A stretch of 64,000 nt of DNA, from positions 3,286,001 to 3,350,000 of the forward strand of contig OZ296652.1 of the NCBI GenBank assembly GCA_965655095.1. Reading direction: 5' to 3'. Every line of letters starts with the position of its first letter. Within the stretch, counting starts at the first letter, position 1. Below the pieces are notes generated by a model, which saw nothing but the letters and a program-made list of their open reading frames with translations, did not search any database and was not told where the DNA came from. Shown in pieces: positions 36,356 through 50,540 of this stretch. The stretch comes from Haplodiscus bocki (Eukaryota). The position numbers and the translations under genes were made by a program.

Positions 36356-39300
36356 CTGAACAAAAAAAAACAACCGTATTTCATCAAATTGGTGCTCCAC
36401 TTGATTCGCAAACATAGTTGCACGATGAAGAGCATAAACAAGATGCCAGTCAAACTCCACGATATTTTCCGTCTTGCAATTTACAGAAACTACAACCATT
36501 CGGGGGCTTGACTGTCGAAGCAATAAAAATCCCATTATGTCGGTCAATTTTGTTTGAATATTTTTAAGCACCAACAAAATAGCTATGACCTAGGTTTTCA
36601 TCAATTTCAAAGAAAAACCTTTGCAAAAAGACAGATTGAAACCAAACTTTAAAATGTCATTGATGTAAACCTTCGTCATATCTATGTTTAAAATATGAAT
36701 GATTTCGATGTCCAAGCGCTAAGATACAACACTTCAAATAGGGTATCAAAAAAATCTCGGTTTTCAAAATTCTTTAGTGAAAAATCTACCTGAAACATTT
36801 TGGATCGAATCGAAAATTTATTCTGTCATCATTAGGTTTCACAACGAAAACAACTAAATATCGACAAGACATCCAAAGTCAATTAATTCCTTGAGATTCT
36901 TTCGAGCAAAAAAACCTACCGAAAAAATTTCGGACCTCGACGAAAAATACACACGCCATCGATAAAGTTTTCGGTGCCCCTTCGTATAATTTAGGTAATT
37001 AGGAGGCTTCACTGCCAATATATAGCTTTTTAAAAGAAAGAAGCAATGACAAAACCATCAAATTAACTCGATTTTTAAGACCATCACTAATTTTCGGAGC
37101 GATACGAAGCTTAACATGTCACCAATAGGAGTGTTCTTAGTGACCACCCATCGCAAAACTTACGCAATTTGGAGGCCTATGTGTTGTTAAATATAGTACA
37201 TCGAAAAGGATTCGGTTTCGAGAGAATATTCGAAATGAAAAATTCAACGTGAATTTTAAGAAATGTGGAATAGCACCTCATTTGGCATGTAAGGGAGGAT
37301 TGGCCTTTTAATTGAGATAAACGGTTGGCATCGTAAGGCAGCGCATACTGACGAAGGCAACAGGTAGCTGATTCAATATCAGTGGATTTCACATCATGTC
37401 CAAATAAATCAGGTCCGAAAACAAACGCACACGACTCTGTTTAAATATTATTTCCACCGTCGGCTTCGATATGAAAGGTAAATTTGAAAAACATTGTAAT
37501 TCATACAGCAAAATGCTAGAAATTTTTTAAAAAAAACTTGCCTTAAAACTAAAAACATAGGCATCACAGATGTTAGGTATTATGAATTGAGAATTTAGCA
37601 AAGTAAAACATAGGCACCAAAAGTGCAAGGGATTAAGCGCTAACAATTTAGAATAGTGAACAGACAAAGAGAAAGAACTTCGCAAAAAGAATTGAGTCGA
37701 GAAATGCAGACTAATCAAAGCGTCAAACATCTCGAAGCATCGACTGGTCAATCTTGATATTTCGACTAGTTGGCAATATTTCGACGCTTTGGGAATCAAC
37801 CAATTTGTAAATGATAACCATTTTGAAAATGCGAAAAACAAGGTGCGAAGTAATATGATATATTTGAGAAATTTTGAATCTCAGCTGAGACTACCACAAG
37901 TACTTGAAAGCTAAGAGTAAACAGTGCCACCCGCACTAGCTTGGGAAGCACAGTATGGAGTACATTCGAGTGTCTTGGCACACATTCCTCGTTTTCAGAC
38001 ACATCTTCTAGAATATAGGATTGAAATACGACGAAACTTCCTCAAGTAGTCAAAAATATCGATTTTGACGTCCTTTTAAGCCAAAAAAGCTAATGAAATT
38101 TCTGACCGCAACATTGCAGAATGTAAAGCATTGAATTCTTGCTATTAATCTGCAAAAAATTGGTCATTTTCAGTTAAATTCTATGATATAGAAAAAAGGG
38201 ACAAAAGGTCTTCGGCAGTTCGATTGTCAAGTTTTCTCAGTAAAATAACGCTCAAAAAATTCTTGACCGCAAACTAAAGGTCACTTTCAGACCTAACTTC
38301 CGGGATATAGGTTGCCAATTTGACAAAATATCCTCAAACAGCTCGATCTTCAAGTTTTTCAGGTGCTATATTTTGGTACAATTTCAAAATTTTCCGACTG
38401 CAACCAAAAAGTAGTATCCGACAGATTGGAGTGATTTTGTGATGCTAATACAAAACCGGAGTAATTTGAATATGCATGTGCCAAAATAATAGGCTTCAAA
38501 TTGACAAAAAACTTCGAGATACCCGAAACATACCTCAATTCTCACGTTTCTACCGCAAAAAAAAACGAATTTCGCACTGGCTTCAAGTTGATGGAAAAAA
38601 TTCACCACATTGATTCTATGAAAAAAATAATACGATTTGAAAGCATAAAAGCAAAAGTAAACGACCTCTAATGCGACAAAGTATCGTCAAAGGAGCTAAA
38701 ATGAGCTGTTTTCAAGTTTCCTTGGCGAAAACCTTGACAAACACAACCCGCAACAAAATTCACTTTGCGGTAGATTCGTTTTTCCGTTAAACTTCCACAA
38801 AAATCAGAGAAATCCATCAAAAAAGTAGACATATTGGGGTTTGAAAAAAATTGAAGCGAACATGTGTTGAAAAACATTCCTCTGAATTTTCCAAAGCTGA
38901 AGTCCAAAGAGTTCACTATCGAAACGCTCGGCTTCAAAAATGGAAGTTTTCAGAGACAGTGAATGTTTAGATGTAATGCTGCAAAGCTGAAAAAAATGTT
39001 CCAAAACAGCTCTTAAAACTTAAACTAGCTATGTTTTCGGAAAAAGATTCGAGACAAGAACTATGCTTGAGAAATAATAAATTGAAAGCATTCGTAGCCA
39101 AAATCAGAAAAATTTGCCGAAATGAAAACTTCCCAGCGTGCAATTTTTCCTGACTGGCCGATTTCATGCATAAAAATCTGATTGTTGGTTGTGCGAATGA
39201 TTTTTCTTCTATATATAAGAAATCAAGGCGCAAAATAGTAATGCAGAAAGTTTACATACTAAACTTCAAAAGAACGTGAACTAATGCCTTTCCCTTAACA

Positions 39301-42300
39301 CACTAATCAGAATAACACCCGTCCGCAAAACAATAAACTTCAGGGATCACGAGTATTGACGGGAAATTCCAAGATTCCTTTTGAGTTGAAAAAAAATTTG
39401 GCGATTACGTTTTCCCAGTAGTAGCATAGTAGGTGAAGTTTTGAGCCATTTACGCTTCTTTCCATATTAAGCAGTGACCTCAGTGCCACTTATTGCTGCT
39501 CAATCTAAATGCGCTACCAGGTCTTAATTTAGCTCTATGACAGCTGTTTGACAAAAGAGAAACAGAAGTACGAGGGGAACAATTCGGTTGAATATAAATT
39601 TAGAGTTTAATGTTTAAAGAAAGTCAAGTGTGCGAAGCTAGACTGCTGGTCCGCTTCATTGTTAAAGCTTTGCGTCCATGGAAAAGTAGTTCAGATGCTC
39701 ACAGTCAAGTCAAAACTTAGTAAACTATACTCCCCAAAAACTCTTACTTGACAACAAATTCAATGTTAATCTCATTGCTGAAAACCAAAAAACTTTCTGA
39801 AAAAGCCGTCTTTTCACAAATTCGTCGTTTCAAAATGTTTCCATTCTAAAGCTGGTTTCACTCTTCCTAATTTACACAAAACATTTGATGAGCAAGTTCG
39901 CACGAGCCAAAAATCAAAAGCAAGTGATCGTTACTTGCAATGCCTTTACATCTTAGATCTCAAACAAACAATTCAAAACGAATAGCGTTAGTGTCTCAAC
40001 GCCGATAACCAAAGTTTATCAGAAAAACCGGTCCTTAGCAAATTCGCATAAAAAACATGGTTTCACACTTCCAAACTCGACTAAACATTTGATTAACAAC
40101 TTTGTGCGAGCCTAGGAAGCAGGCTTCAGAACAAATAAGGTAATTTTAAAAAGGCTGAAAGCCGAAAGACTCTAATAGATCTCATATTTAACGAAATCGC
40201 ATCAAAAGATAGTTTACCACCTGACTAAAATAACGGTGTGCATACAAGTTCGGGCGAGCCCTAAAACAACATTTCACAAAAAGGGGACTTTCACGACGAC
40301 GAAAATCAAAACGATCTTGAAACAGCTATTTTCACAAATTTGGACCGAAAAGGCGCCTTGTTGCCGCCGAACACAACTAACCATTTGTATGACCCCAAAA
40401 TTCGAATTTGAAAACGAGCAGAAGACAACTGTACGGGGCGCTAACAAAAGTTTTCAATTTCTGAACGTCACTAACGTTATGGGTAAAAAAGTCTGGGCGA
40501 GACTAAAAACTAAGCTTGAAAACAACAAAACGTTTGTTAAAAACGAAAAGTAATTCTTAAGTTGTCCCCTTCCAGGTTCCTATGGAAAACGACTGTCCCA
40601 AAACTCCAAAGTCAAACAAACTTTTCACTTACACGTCTGTGTCAGCTCAAACACCGCATTGCAAACAAAGACAACGTATTCTCACAAAACCAAACATCAT
40701 CAATTTTGAAAAGCTGTGATTTCCCAAAAACATGCAAAATGAAAAAGGGTTTATATGCCCCAGCAGAAAAGATTGAGCAAAATCACAATAACAAGAATTT
40801 ACTTCAATGTTTGAAGCAATGAAAACACTTGTTTTCGAAGGCTGCACGATCCCAACAACCGTAGTTGAAAAAGAAGCAATAATTTGATAATGCTGAAGAC
40901 AAAACAACGAAACTTGAAAGGCAAAGTTCCGAGCGTGATTTCGATCATCAAAGATTAAAGATTGTTATTTGAATGTCCATTCCACTAACCAAGACAACAT
41001 GCTGCACGTCTACTCCATTTCCAGACGATTGGCGAAAAATATTTGCAGTTGACAAACCATAAAACTTCAAAATCACTGTTCTTTGGAAAATATGAAAGCA
41101 CTTCCTAAATTTAAAATTCTCTAAAATTTTCAAAAGGCAATGCACTTCAGTGGGTTACAACGGTCGGTACAATCTCTAAGCAATGCAGCTGGTGGATCCC
41201 CTGATGGTTCTTCGGCAGCGCCCTCAACCAACCTCTGAAGTACAGTGTCCTGAACTCCAGGCAATGCAGTATTCACTTTGCGACATCTGGTTAAAAAGTC
41301 TTTCATTTGAAGACATAATCGCGTGGATGTACGTTAATATGCTTCGCAGGTAGCAAGTAGACCAAATTTTTTGTTTCCCGAATTCAAAAACACAACGATA
41401 GAACATGATCTACAATTTTTTTAGCCAGGGTGTAACAAAATCAGCTTTCAGGAGCGCGAGTAGTTTTACGAAAACTCACGAGCAATTTTATAGTTCTCTT
41501 TGATAGGTTTTAGATCAGAATGCAAGATTTGCTGTATTTGGAGATCGACCCGTTTTCAACGGATACTTCGGAATTTTATTGAATCAAAGCTCAGTATTTC
41601 AACGAGGGGACATTTTCTTAATACGTTCAAAGGGCCGTTTCACAAACGTCCAGTACCATTGTTTGCTTAATATCCTGAGTAGTTTGATTGTCTTGAAACT
41701 AAACTACTGTTATATAAGTGATAAAGCCTGCACCGATTGCCCCGAAGTCGTCACGATAGATTCATCGTAACCACTTCGGCTTCACCATCTTCCATTTGCC
41801 TAGTGTTGTAGTCTCTTTCCATACTAATTTTCGAAAAATAGAAATTCAGCAGAAGGTATATTCAGAGGGTATTTTTGAGGGACTTTGGATAGGTTTTAAA
41901 ATTACCAGTTCTGAAACCCAGAAGCTAGGGAGGACGACGCTGGTAATTGGGAAAAGCGATTCTTCAAAAAATTTGTAATCCAGCACACTTGGCACACTCA
42001 AGGAGAGAATTCTGAAAGATTTCTCAGAATCACCATCGAGACTGTGCCTAGTTTGCTTTTCATCGAGATTCCACAAAGAGCAAATTTTCCTAAAAAGGTT
42101 CGGAAGTGAAAAAAATATCACGAAAGCATGTACTAGCGGTTTTTAAAGTATACAAGGGATCCGAAAACTTTCACCACTCGATTGAGATTTCGGATCAACC
42201 AGTCGTAAAAGGACCCGGTAACCCCGTTTCATTTTGAAAAAAATTCCAATGTACAAAGACGTGAAATACAGCAAAGATACAATGGAATGTCAAGCAAAAT

Positions 42301-45300
42301 GCGAACAGAAAGATTTTTGTTTGATGAAAGGTTGAATGTGGTAAACAATTCTGACATCAACATTCAACAAAAGTTGCTCAGTTTCATTAGCAGAAACAGT
42401 AAAATGCCAACAAAAATAGAATTGTTCACATTTTGTGATCTAGAAACTGCACCAAAAACTTCCTTACAAAATGCTTGAACGACAATGTTCAAAAAAGCAT
42501 GATGAGGATTAAAAAGCATGATTCAAGCATTTCAACGGCAACGTATTTTTGGCCTCTTAATAATTTGACAGAAACTGAAACTTCCAAACTACCGTACTTG
42601 AACAACCAAGCGGAAGCATGTAACTGAAGGAAGAGTATCAACCACAGATTTCAGTCGTCCATAAGAAAACTCCGCCGGTCAAATTTCGGAGTGAGGAAGC
42701 AGCGCCCAAAGAAACTAGATTGGTGGACAAACCCTTTCCAATAGCATATATTTGTTATTCGAAACCGAAAAGCATCTTCTACGTAAGGATCACAACTTTT
42801 CTTTGTTACTAATGTCTTCATTTTGAACGGTTAAAAAAATCCTGAACAAACTGAAGGCAGGAACTCTTAACAAACAAAAGTCGCATTGTATTGACTCTTT
42901 GAACTGTCTGTTAAATTCAGCTCATTTGTATAGAGGATCAAGGTGAAACGTACCAAATCACTCTTACACCAGCAATCGACTAAAGTAGTTTGGTTTTCAA
43001 AATCCGCTCCAAAACTGAATTTGGTTAAAGCAAATCCATAAAAATCTGCTACTTGAAATCTTCCGGAAAAAAACCGTTTGAAATACAGAACTGAACAAAA
43101 AATGAATTACAAGCTGGTAACTTACTGTAGAATCAGGAGAATGAAAAAAATCATACTAACAAAATTAATTTTACCCGTCTTTCGGATTGAACAAAGGCTT
43201 GCAAGAGACTTTGAGTGTAACGCAAAGATCATCAACAAAAAAGCACCTGCTGCATAGAAAAAAACTGCTCTCCGCCGCCAGAATCTAAGTTCAAACGATT
43301 TCGTATTGATCCTGTTTTCCACAGCCAGGCAAGAATCACAAATGATATCCAGCATTTCAATTCTTTCCAATTTTTGCAAACACCCTCAAATTTCGTTGAA
43401 ACCAAACAGTTTGTGAGAGAAAAACAGTGTTGCAGCAGACACTATCCGATTTTGACTAGCCAATCTCCTGGGGAAAAATGCGATATCATCAACAATCATA
43501 ACTCCGTGAAGGCCTGCAATTTTTTTCTGGAAGTTTCATTGACCCTTCCATTAGTTTACAAATTGTGAATCTTTATGGAAATCGCCACATTTTGTAGACG
43601 CATGATCTTATAGTCGGCAAGACGGATTTCCTCTCGAAGTTGTACAAATTTCCCTTTTCGATTGACGGTATTTGTTTAACATCGTGCAGTTTCCCGATGT
43701 CAGCTCAGCAGTTGTGCACAGCAGAGTGTTTGGTACGAGGCAGCGAGAACCGCTGTTTCTTATCAAGTTGTTTGGAAATCGAAACATTAGTTTTCCTGCC
43801 GAGCATGCAATTTGCGAATACTTCAATTTTGCAGGAAACATCATATTCACACCCACTAGAAACAATACGTTCACTCTCACGTTCCTCACTAGTTTTGACG
43901 CAATCAAAAATGAATCATGAAGAGACCCAATTATTTCCACCACAGGGACTCCATTAGACAACCCTGTCAAACATTTTGGATTGCAATTTGAAAGCCTCGG
44001 GAAAGTTCTGATTTATTCTGTTGGACGGCAGAATGGTTGAGAAAAGCTTACCTTCCTTCGTTCTACACTTCGTTGCTTCCGATTTCTACGTTGCATGTCC
44101 CTACCTTCAGTAATGACATTATTCTGTCCAATTGGTGGAGACTTCCATCAGCCCTGTCAGAACAAAGCACAGCCATTGCTTCCTCAACGCGCCACTTAAG
44201 TTCGCATTTGACCCTGACTGAAGAAGCAACGAGAAAGAAACTGCCAAAGGGAAGATTACAGGGCCGCGCGCAAGATAGGTGCAAATTGTGGGTGCTGGAG
44301 TGGGCCACTCCCTTGGCCCTGCAATGATAAACTACGGAAGTTTCGTTCCAGTCTGTTAGCACAGCTAGGATCAAATGCAAAACTTTAATGGCGATCTGGG
44401 TGGAAAATTTTGTTAAGGCTTGCATTTAGTTGTTTTGGTCGACTCTACAAGCCGTTAGACATAAAAAGATTATGTGAACAATTTGAAGAACTCAACAAAA
44501 CTCGTGAGCCAGTTGAAAGAACGAAAAGAACGAATGACGAGAATTAATGTTTCGACAACTTTTCCACCGCAGATCAGATGAGACGTTCCTAAAGCAATCA
44601 CATTACCATTGGTAACAGTACGACTGCGTGTTCTAATACAGTCCCACCTTAGATTGGTATTAGTTTCATAAACGTTGGCTCATGAGTCCAGCGTTAGACG
44701 AGGAAGTCAACGTATTTATTCCGAGCTGATATGAAAATGACAATAGCGAGAAGTGAAGTTTTCGCAGTCCCAAAGTTCAGGAGGTCAATCAAACCAACCT
44801 CAACTCCAGAAAACTTAAAAAAGCTGCCGCTTCCATTCCTTCTGATCGAACTTTTGAAGGACAGAAGATATACAGTTGACGCCGTGACGTCGCACAATGC
44901 TTAGCAAATGACGCCCATCGAAAATCGAACCATGCCTGACCTCGAGTGCAACAGAAAAGCTATACCGACTACAAGGTTACTGAATTTTAGCGAAGCTAAA
45001 GTTTCAAAAGTTGATGTCTATAGAGAAACACAAAAATCCAAAAAACGCTTGCAGGCATTGACGAAGGTTGGTATTTTAATAGAATAGAATCATTTTCAGA
45101 GAAAATGGCGAATCAAAATCAGTACTTCTTGTAGCAAAACTCTTCCGCTATCACTTAGTTGTTCCTCTCACAGGAAAATTAGGCCTTCCGTCGTCAAAAT
45201 CGAGACATGTGAAATGCTAAAGGTCAGTGACTCTTGTTTGGTCAACAATGCCGCTTTTAGAGAACTCTTAAAAAAAGATTTTACGTTGAAAGCAACCAAC

Positions 45301-45945
45301 ATTGATGGCAAAGAAAAGTTTCGTTCTCTATGTAGAAACTGCTGTTTCAATGCATATTACAGAAGAAAAGATGGTGTTCAAGATCTTGCCTTCAAGTATC
45401 AAATTCTCCGACCTTTCTTGTCAATGGAAACAAACAGCTTCTTCCTCTTGGACTACTAAAATCAACTTATAAAAATCTTCATTAGGCTACGTGCTGCCAT
45501 CCTAGCGTTTGATAAGCAAATTGGAAAGCAGCTTTTTTGGTACACGAATTCATGAAGGTCAATTTTTGTTGAAAATCCATCGTTTTTTTAATAACAAAAA
45601 TGAGCAGCTTTGGTTGAAGATAGGGCAACTCAATTGCAGGCATATTTAACATTTCATGAAATCAAAAGATACCATTCGAAAAAAGCATAGGCCGACTTCC
45701 GGTTGCATATTTTTAGTTCCACTTTTGGAAACAATTGTTCCTCTCCATTTCAATGGATAGGCCCATTCAAGAAAAAAATCAAACAAGACGGCCGGCTAGC
45801 ACCGGCATATTTTTCGCCCGACTACAAATATTTTGATCAACTCTTGCCAAGGGTTAAAAACAGAACGACTGTTTCGATATTAGTTTTCAAAGAGCTTTTA
45901 CAAACATCAATTCGACCACTGATTTCTGTACTTTATGCAAAAAGA

Positions 45946-46680
45946 TATCACGATTTTCCGTTGAAAAATTTTTGTCCCACAGTGCCGAAAAATTTCGTCG
46001 AGGAACCTTTGTGTTTCAGAAAATCTCTGGTATCGAAAAATGTTAAAGATAAGAGAGGGGGCGGGTATCACGATTTTCCGTCAAAGTTGTTTTGTCTTAC
46101 AGTACCGAAACACTTCGTAGAGGAACCCTTCGGTGCTGTTTTTCAGAAAAATTCCGGTAGCGAAAAAGTTTATGTTTGAGTAGAGGGGGGGGGGGGGAGG
46201 AGGAGGAGGGAGGATGTATCACGATTTGCCGTCGAAAATTTTTTGTCTCACAGTGCCGAAAAATTTCGTAGTTGAAACCTGCGCTGTGTTTCACAAAATT
46301 TCCGGTAGCGAAAAAGTTTATGGATAAGAGGGGAGGGGGAGTATCAAGATTTTCCGTCGAAAATTTTATGTCTCACAGAGCCGAAAATTTCCGTAGGGGA
46401 ATCGTTTACTGTTGAATTGATTTCGGGTACCGAAAAAGTTTGCAAAAGAGGGGGGGGGGTAGTATAAAGATTTTCCGTAGAAATTTTTTCGTCTCACAGT
46501 GCCGAAAAATTTCGCAGGGGAACCCTTCTCTGCTGTGCTTCAGAAATTTCCGGTAGCGAAAAAGTTTATGGATAAGGGGGGGGGGGGAGTATCAAGATTT
46601 TGCGTCAAAAATTTTTTGTCTCACAGTGCCGAAAAACATCGTAAAGGAACCCTTCAGTGTTTCACTAATTTCGGGCATCA
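45946..46680 (+). repeat. Tandem repeat of about 120-150 bp, 6 units separated by G-runs
   Basis: gtatca(c/a)gattttccgtcgaaaattttttgtctcacagtgccgaaaa variants at about 45946, 46066, 46216, 46341, 46462 and 46589. Confidence 0.95.
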
Positions 46681-46711
46681 AAAAACGCTAAGAGTAAATC
46701 GTAAAAATATT

Positions 46712-46780
46712 TGGCACGACAGAGACTCGAACCCCGAACCTACTGCTTGAGAAGGCTGTTGTCCTAACCATACTGCTGTC
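46712..46780 (-). other. tRNA-Glu(CTC)-like pseudo-sequence
   Basis: Minus strand gacagcagtaTGGTTAGGacaacagcc-ttCTCaa-gcagtaggttcggGGTTCGAGTCtctgtcgtgCCA. Stems imperfect. Confidence 0.55.
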
Positions 46781-49134
46781 ATTTGTGAATAAAAAGAGTT
46801 GGCAGTTTTGGTCAGATAAAAAAAAAGAAATTTGACCCCACTGTACACTGTACTGAATGAATAATTTTTCTTGTATACTTTATATACGGCGAAAAAAAAG
46901 GAGGAGAATTACATTTCTATCATATTGATCCGGTGACTACTAATTTTGTGACATTCAAATCCTCACGCACCTAAGTGTAACCAACTGTGCAGATGCTTGA
47001 CCCAATGTGCGTGTCAGAAAGAAGTCATTGGAATTTGCATGCCTGTCATGGTAAGTGGGAAATCTCTAGAGCACTGCAAAATCAAAACTCAAGTGGCTAC
47101 GATGAGCCTTCATCAAGAAAGTTACGGTGTTGCGGCCGCAGGCATCAGCACGTGCTCCACAGTGCCAACCTACTTACAAGACATGATTAACAATGCACTC
47201 AGAATCATAACAGAGGAAAGTTACTTTAAGTTTATATAGACACCGATACAGCGTTTCTGGAAAAATTCCATCAGTCGAACTAACGAACACTTGCTACATA
47301 GAGTTCCACAGTCTGAGCTAGTCCCTGTGTCATACTCGAGAAAATAACCTCAAAGAAATGACAACTACTGACGATCATAACATGCGACTTTCAAAACAAA
47401 TTTTTGACAGGTTACTTGCCCAATTGGAAGCTGATTGTTTGACGCCCAGGGCGATAACTTGCAGATTACTATCTCACATTGTTTCGCAAGTTGAGATGAA
47501 AAGCTTGCCCTTCTTTCTTTTGCGGAGAATACTAATGTAAAACCTCGCCAAAAAATCCGTGAACCTATTAGCTGTGTGAAGCCCGATGTTGCAGTTGAAA
47601 AGGACTGATTTTGAAGTCGACGTGCTGTAGTTTCAGAGTCTGCCAACGGGCGTCCCCAAGAAACTCTCAAAGGATCGATTCGCTGCAATTCAGAAAGTTT
47701 GCATCGCACTTCGCTACACACTGCTGAATTACAGTGCCTCTTGGAAGTTTTTAAACTTGGTAAAAACTTCAGCAATTTTTCAAGCAAGGAAACCCTGTTA
47801 TCCTCTGAGCAGGCAATTTATTTGGATGCAAAAAAAAGAAAAGACAATAGCTGCTGTCTTTTACAGAGATTTCAATAGAAATAACTCGCCAAAAGCATAA
47901 TTGTTTGAAGCACGATGTTGCCAAGTGGATAAACAATTCATGGCTCTTTGAGTTTAATGCTGTGCAGCAAGGATGTTGGAAAAGAGGGTTGCAAACCAAC
48001 TCTCATAAGATCCACTCAATAAACTACCTAAAGCCTGAAGCGCCGGTTGTTACTTCCCAGAGCACAAGACCCTTTGCGTCTGAAGTTCAGAGGTGTGAAA
48101 CCATGTCTTGCAACTTGAACTGGCGGACGAATGACAATTTTAGGAAGTGTTTTTGTTTTTGGCAATGTGGAACTAACCCTCATTTGTTTCAAATGTAGTT
48201 TTTGGTTTCACTGCAAAATTTGCGTGAAAGTAAAGTCAAAGCGGAGAAGTAAAGCCATCTTTTTCGCCGACAATTTGCAAAAGAACGACATTTTGTTTTC
48301 AGCGTTGCTCGATGGGCATTCAGTTGTTTGCAAAATAGTATATGGGCTCGCAGTTACTTTTCATCAAATGTTTTGTTGAGTTCGAAGGTAGAAACAGCCT
48401 TTTTTGATGCCAACTCGCTAACGAACAACTATCTCAGTAAGCAAGTATATTCGTTTTTAGCATGTTGCAAGGAGCGCTCGATTGTTTTAAAAAGTGGTCT
48501 TTTGGGTCCGTGCAAACTTGATCATCAAATGTTCAGTCGAGTTCGGAAGAGCTAAAGCACCTTGTGATGCAAGTTTGCAAAATGACGGCATTTTCCGAGT
48601 CTTTTGGTTCTCAGAAGTGTGAAAATAATGTTCAATAGTTTAGAAATATGGGTTTCGGGTTAGAACTATTTTCTAAAGGACCCAAGTTCTTGAAAAGAGA
48701 GTATACCCTGCAGAACAGCTTTGCATACCTGAATTTTTCTCCAAGTTATGCCCTTCGTATTTGTGTTTGTCTGCATTCAAACAGCTGCTACAGCTGTAAC
48801 AAGGTGAAACTATACAAGCTGTTAAAGCTATCACAAACTTAAACTGGATAAGCTTTTGATGCTATCATAAGGTCAAACTAAAACTTGATAGCTTATTAAG
48901 ATTAAAAAAGTAACAAGAAGAGCAGTCGCTCTGCAATTTTTTCCGTCAAAGTCGCGGATAAAAATAGGCCGAGCAAACAACAAACCAGTTTTAGACAAAG
49001 GCCAAACTTGACAAAAAACAACTCGATGGAGATCTTGTCGAAAGAAATAAAGCCAAATGCTGATTTACTAACACTATTCCAAAACAAAGGAGAAGTAAAA
49101 ACAAAGCCAAATTACTTCTCCAGGTAAAAGTCTG

Positions 49135-50070
49135 TCGATTTTGACTTCCATGAAGGAAATTAGACTCGTAGTTACGGAGAAAAAAGTGTTTGTATCTGGT
49201 GATGAATCAAAACCAATAGTGCAATTGGCATTTTTCGGACTATCACAATTCTAATTTCACGATTGAAGGAATACAGAAAACAAATTCTAGAGCTAATTCT
49301 CCACCAGAAATATTAATTGTTCGATTGAGACATCGACGGAAAAATTAAGCCAGTAGTTAATGAGAAATTTGAGATTGAATATGGAGATGATTCAAAGTCA
49401 TTAGCACAATTGGAATATTCGGTTAATCAGAATTCTGAGGCGAGAATAAGATTGAATGACTATCCAATTGAACACTACTGAACAAGTTCCAAGCTTTGAT
49501 TGAGACCCTGACGGAAAAATTAGACCTGCAGTTACAGAGAAAGTGGAGATTAAAAATGGAGATGAACCAAAATTGTTAGCACATTTGGATTCTTCGGACC
49601 ATCAAAACGATGAGGCAAGAATTGAAACGTTTGAATTTCTAATTGGATATTACTGCAAAAGTTTCAAGCTTCCGATTGACAACTTGCTCGAAGAGATTAA
49701 GCCTACAGTTATTAATTTGAGATTGAATATTGACATAAGTCAATAGAAAACTTTCGATGTTTGAGAGTGGCTAGATTTTGATGCAGGAAACCAGCTGACT
49801 GAAAGTTGAACCGAATCCTTTTCTCTGAGTGTAAGGTTGCTGATTGTGACCCTCATGAAGGAAATCAAGCCTGTAGCTACGTAGAAACACCATTTCAAAA
49901 ATACAAACGAATCATTTTCAATAACTTTCTGGAAATTTTGGACTATCAAGATTTTGATGCAAGGATCAATATCAATAGTTTTTAAAACAAACCCTCCTAT
50001 GCAGGAGTAAAGATATCAATTTAGACTTTGCCGCAAAAAACTAAGCCTGTAGTTACTAATAGTTAGTTGA
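49135..50070 (+). repeat. Degenerate tandem array of about 175 bp (about 6 units); same family at 22390-22620 (+), 24690-25080 (+) and 28340-29340 (-)
   Basis: gattgagacc...gaaattaagcctgtagtta variants near 49137, 49323, 49498, 49674, 49842 and 50020. Confidence 0.7.
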
Positions 50071-50540
50071 GAAATAAAGATTGATTATCGACAAAAGTCA
50101 ATAAAATACAAAAAAACTTTCGATTCTTGGGAGTGTCCGAATTCTGATACAAATGCAGAACGATTCTGATTGAGGCATAAAAGAAAAAATTGACCCTTGT
50201 ATTCTAGGAGAAAAGTGAATAGCAACATAAAAATTCAATACTAATTCCGCTTCGCGGTATTTCCTCAATCTGGGGATAACAGAACGACATGTTCCAGCAG
50301 AAGTATTTTCGAAGTAACATCGCATTTTCTGACCCCGGGGAAACTAGGGTAATGAAGAAAAATTATACCCAAAAACTGAAAAAAATTTCAAATTTTTACA
50401 TTTTCAGTTAATTGTTTGGACCGATTTATGAACTTTTAACTTTTTCGGCTGTTTTGGAGAATCAAAAAAATTTTGAAAAAGCCTCTTTTTTGGTGTCAAA
50501 AAAAGGGTTTACAAGTATCTAAAAATAAGTAAAAAAAATA

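Larger units (their letters stand above)
45782..46895 (-). mobile_element. Non-autonomous Helitron/Helentron-like element with central tandem repeats
   Basis: End GCCGG-tgctag-CCGGC-cgtCTTGTT, shared with 16071-16100 (+), 32221-32250 (-) and a truncated copy near 30095-30105. Internal repeats and a tRNA-like segment. Right boundary is approximate. Confidence 0.55.

Noticed and set aside
36360-38010. Extra candidate USP37 exons (36360-36577 ORF extension, ~37277-37436, ~37932-38007)
   Set aside because: Their phases do not fit the 0-to-0 junction that completes the UIM, and they show no homology signal.
41224-41406. STCYLRSIL as the USP Cys box
   Set aside because: It lacks G..N.GN, lies downstream of UIM-region exons where the Cys box cannot be, and has no fitting splice sites.
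45703-46750. ORFs of 158, 65 and 83 aa
   Set aside because: They are translations of the tandem repeat.
46712-46780. Functional tRNA gene
   Set aside because: Acceptor and anticodon stems pair poorly and it is embedded in a repeat, so it is treated as a pseudo-tRNA.
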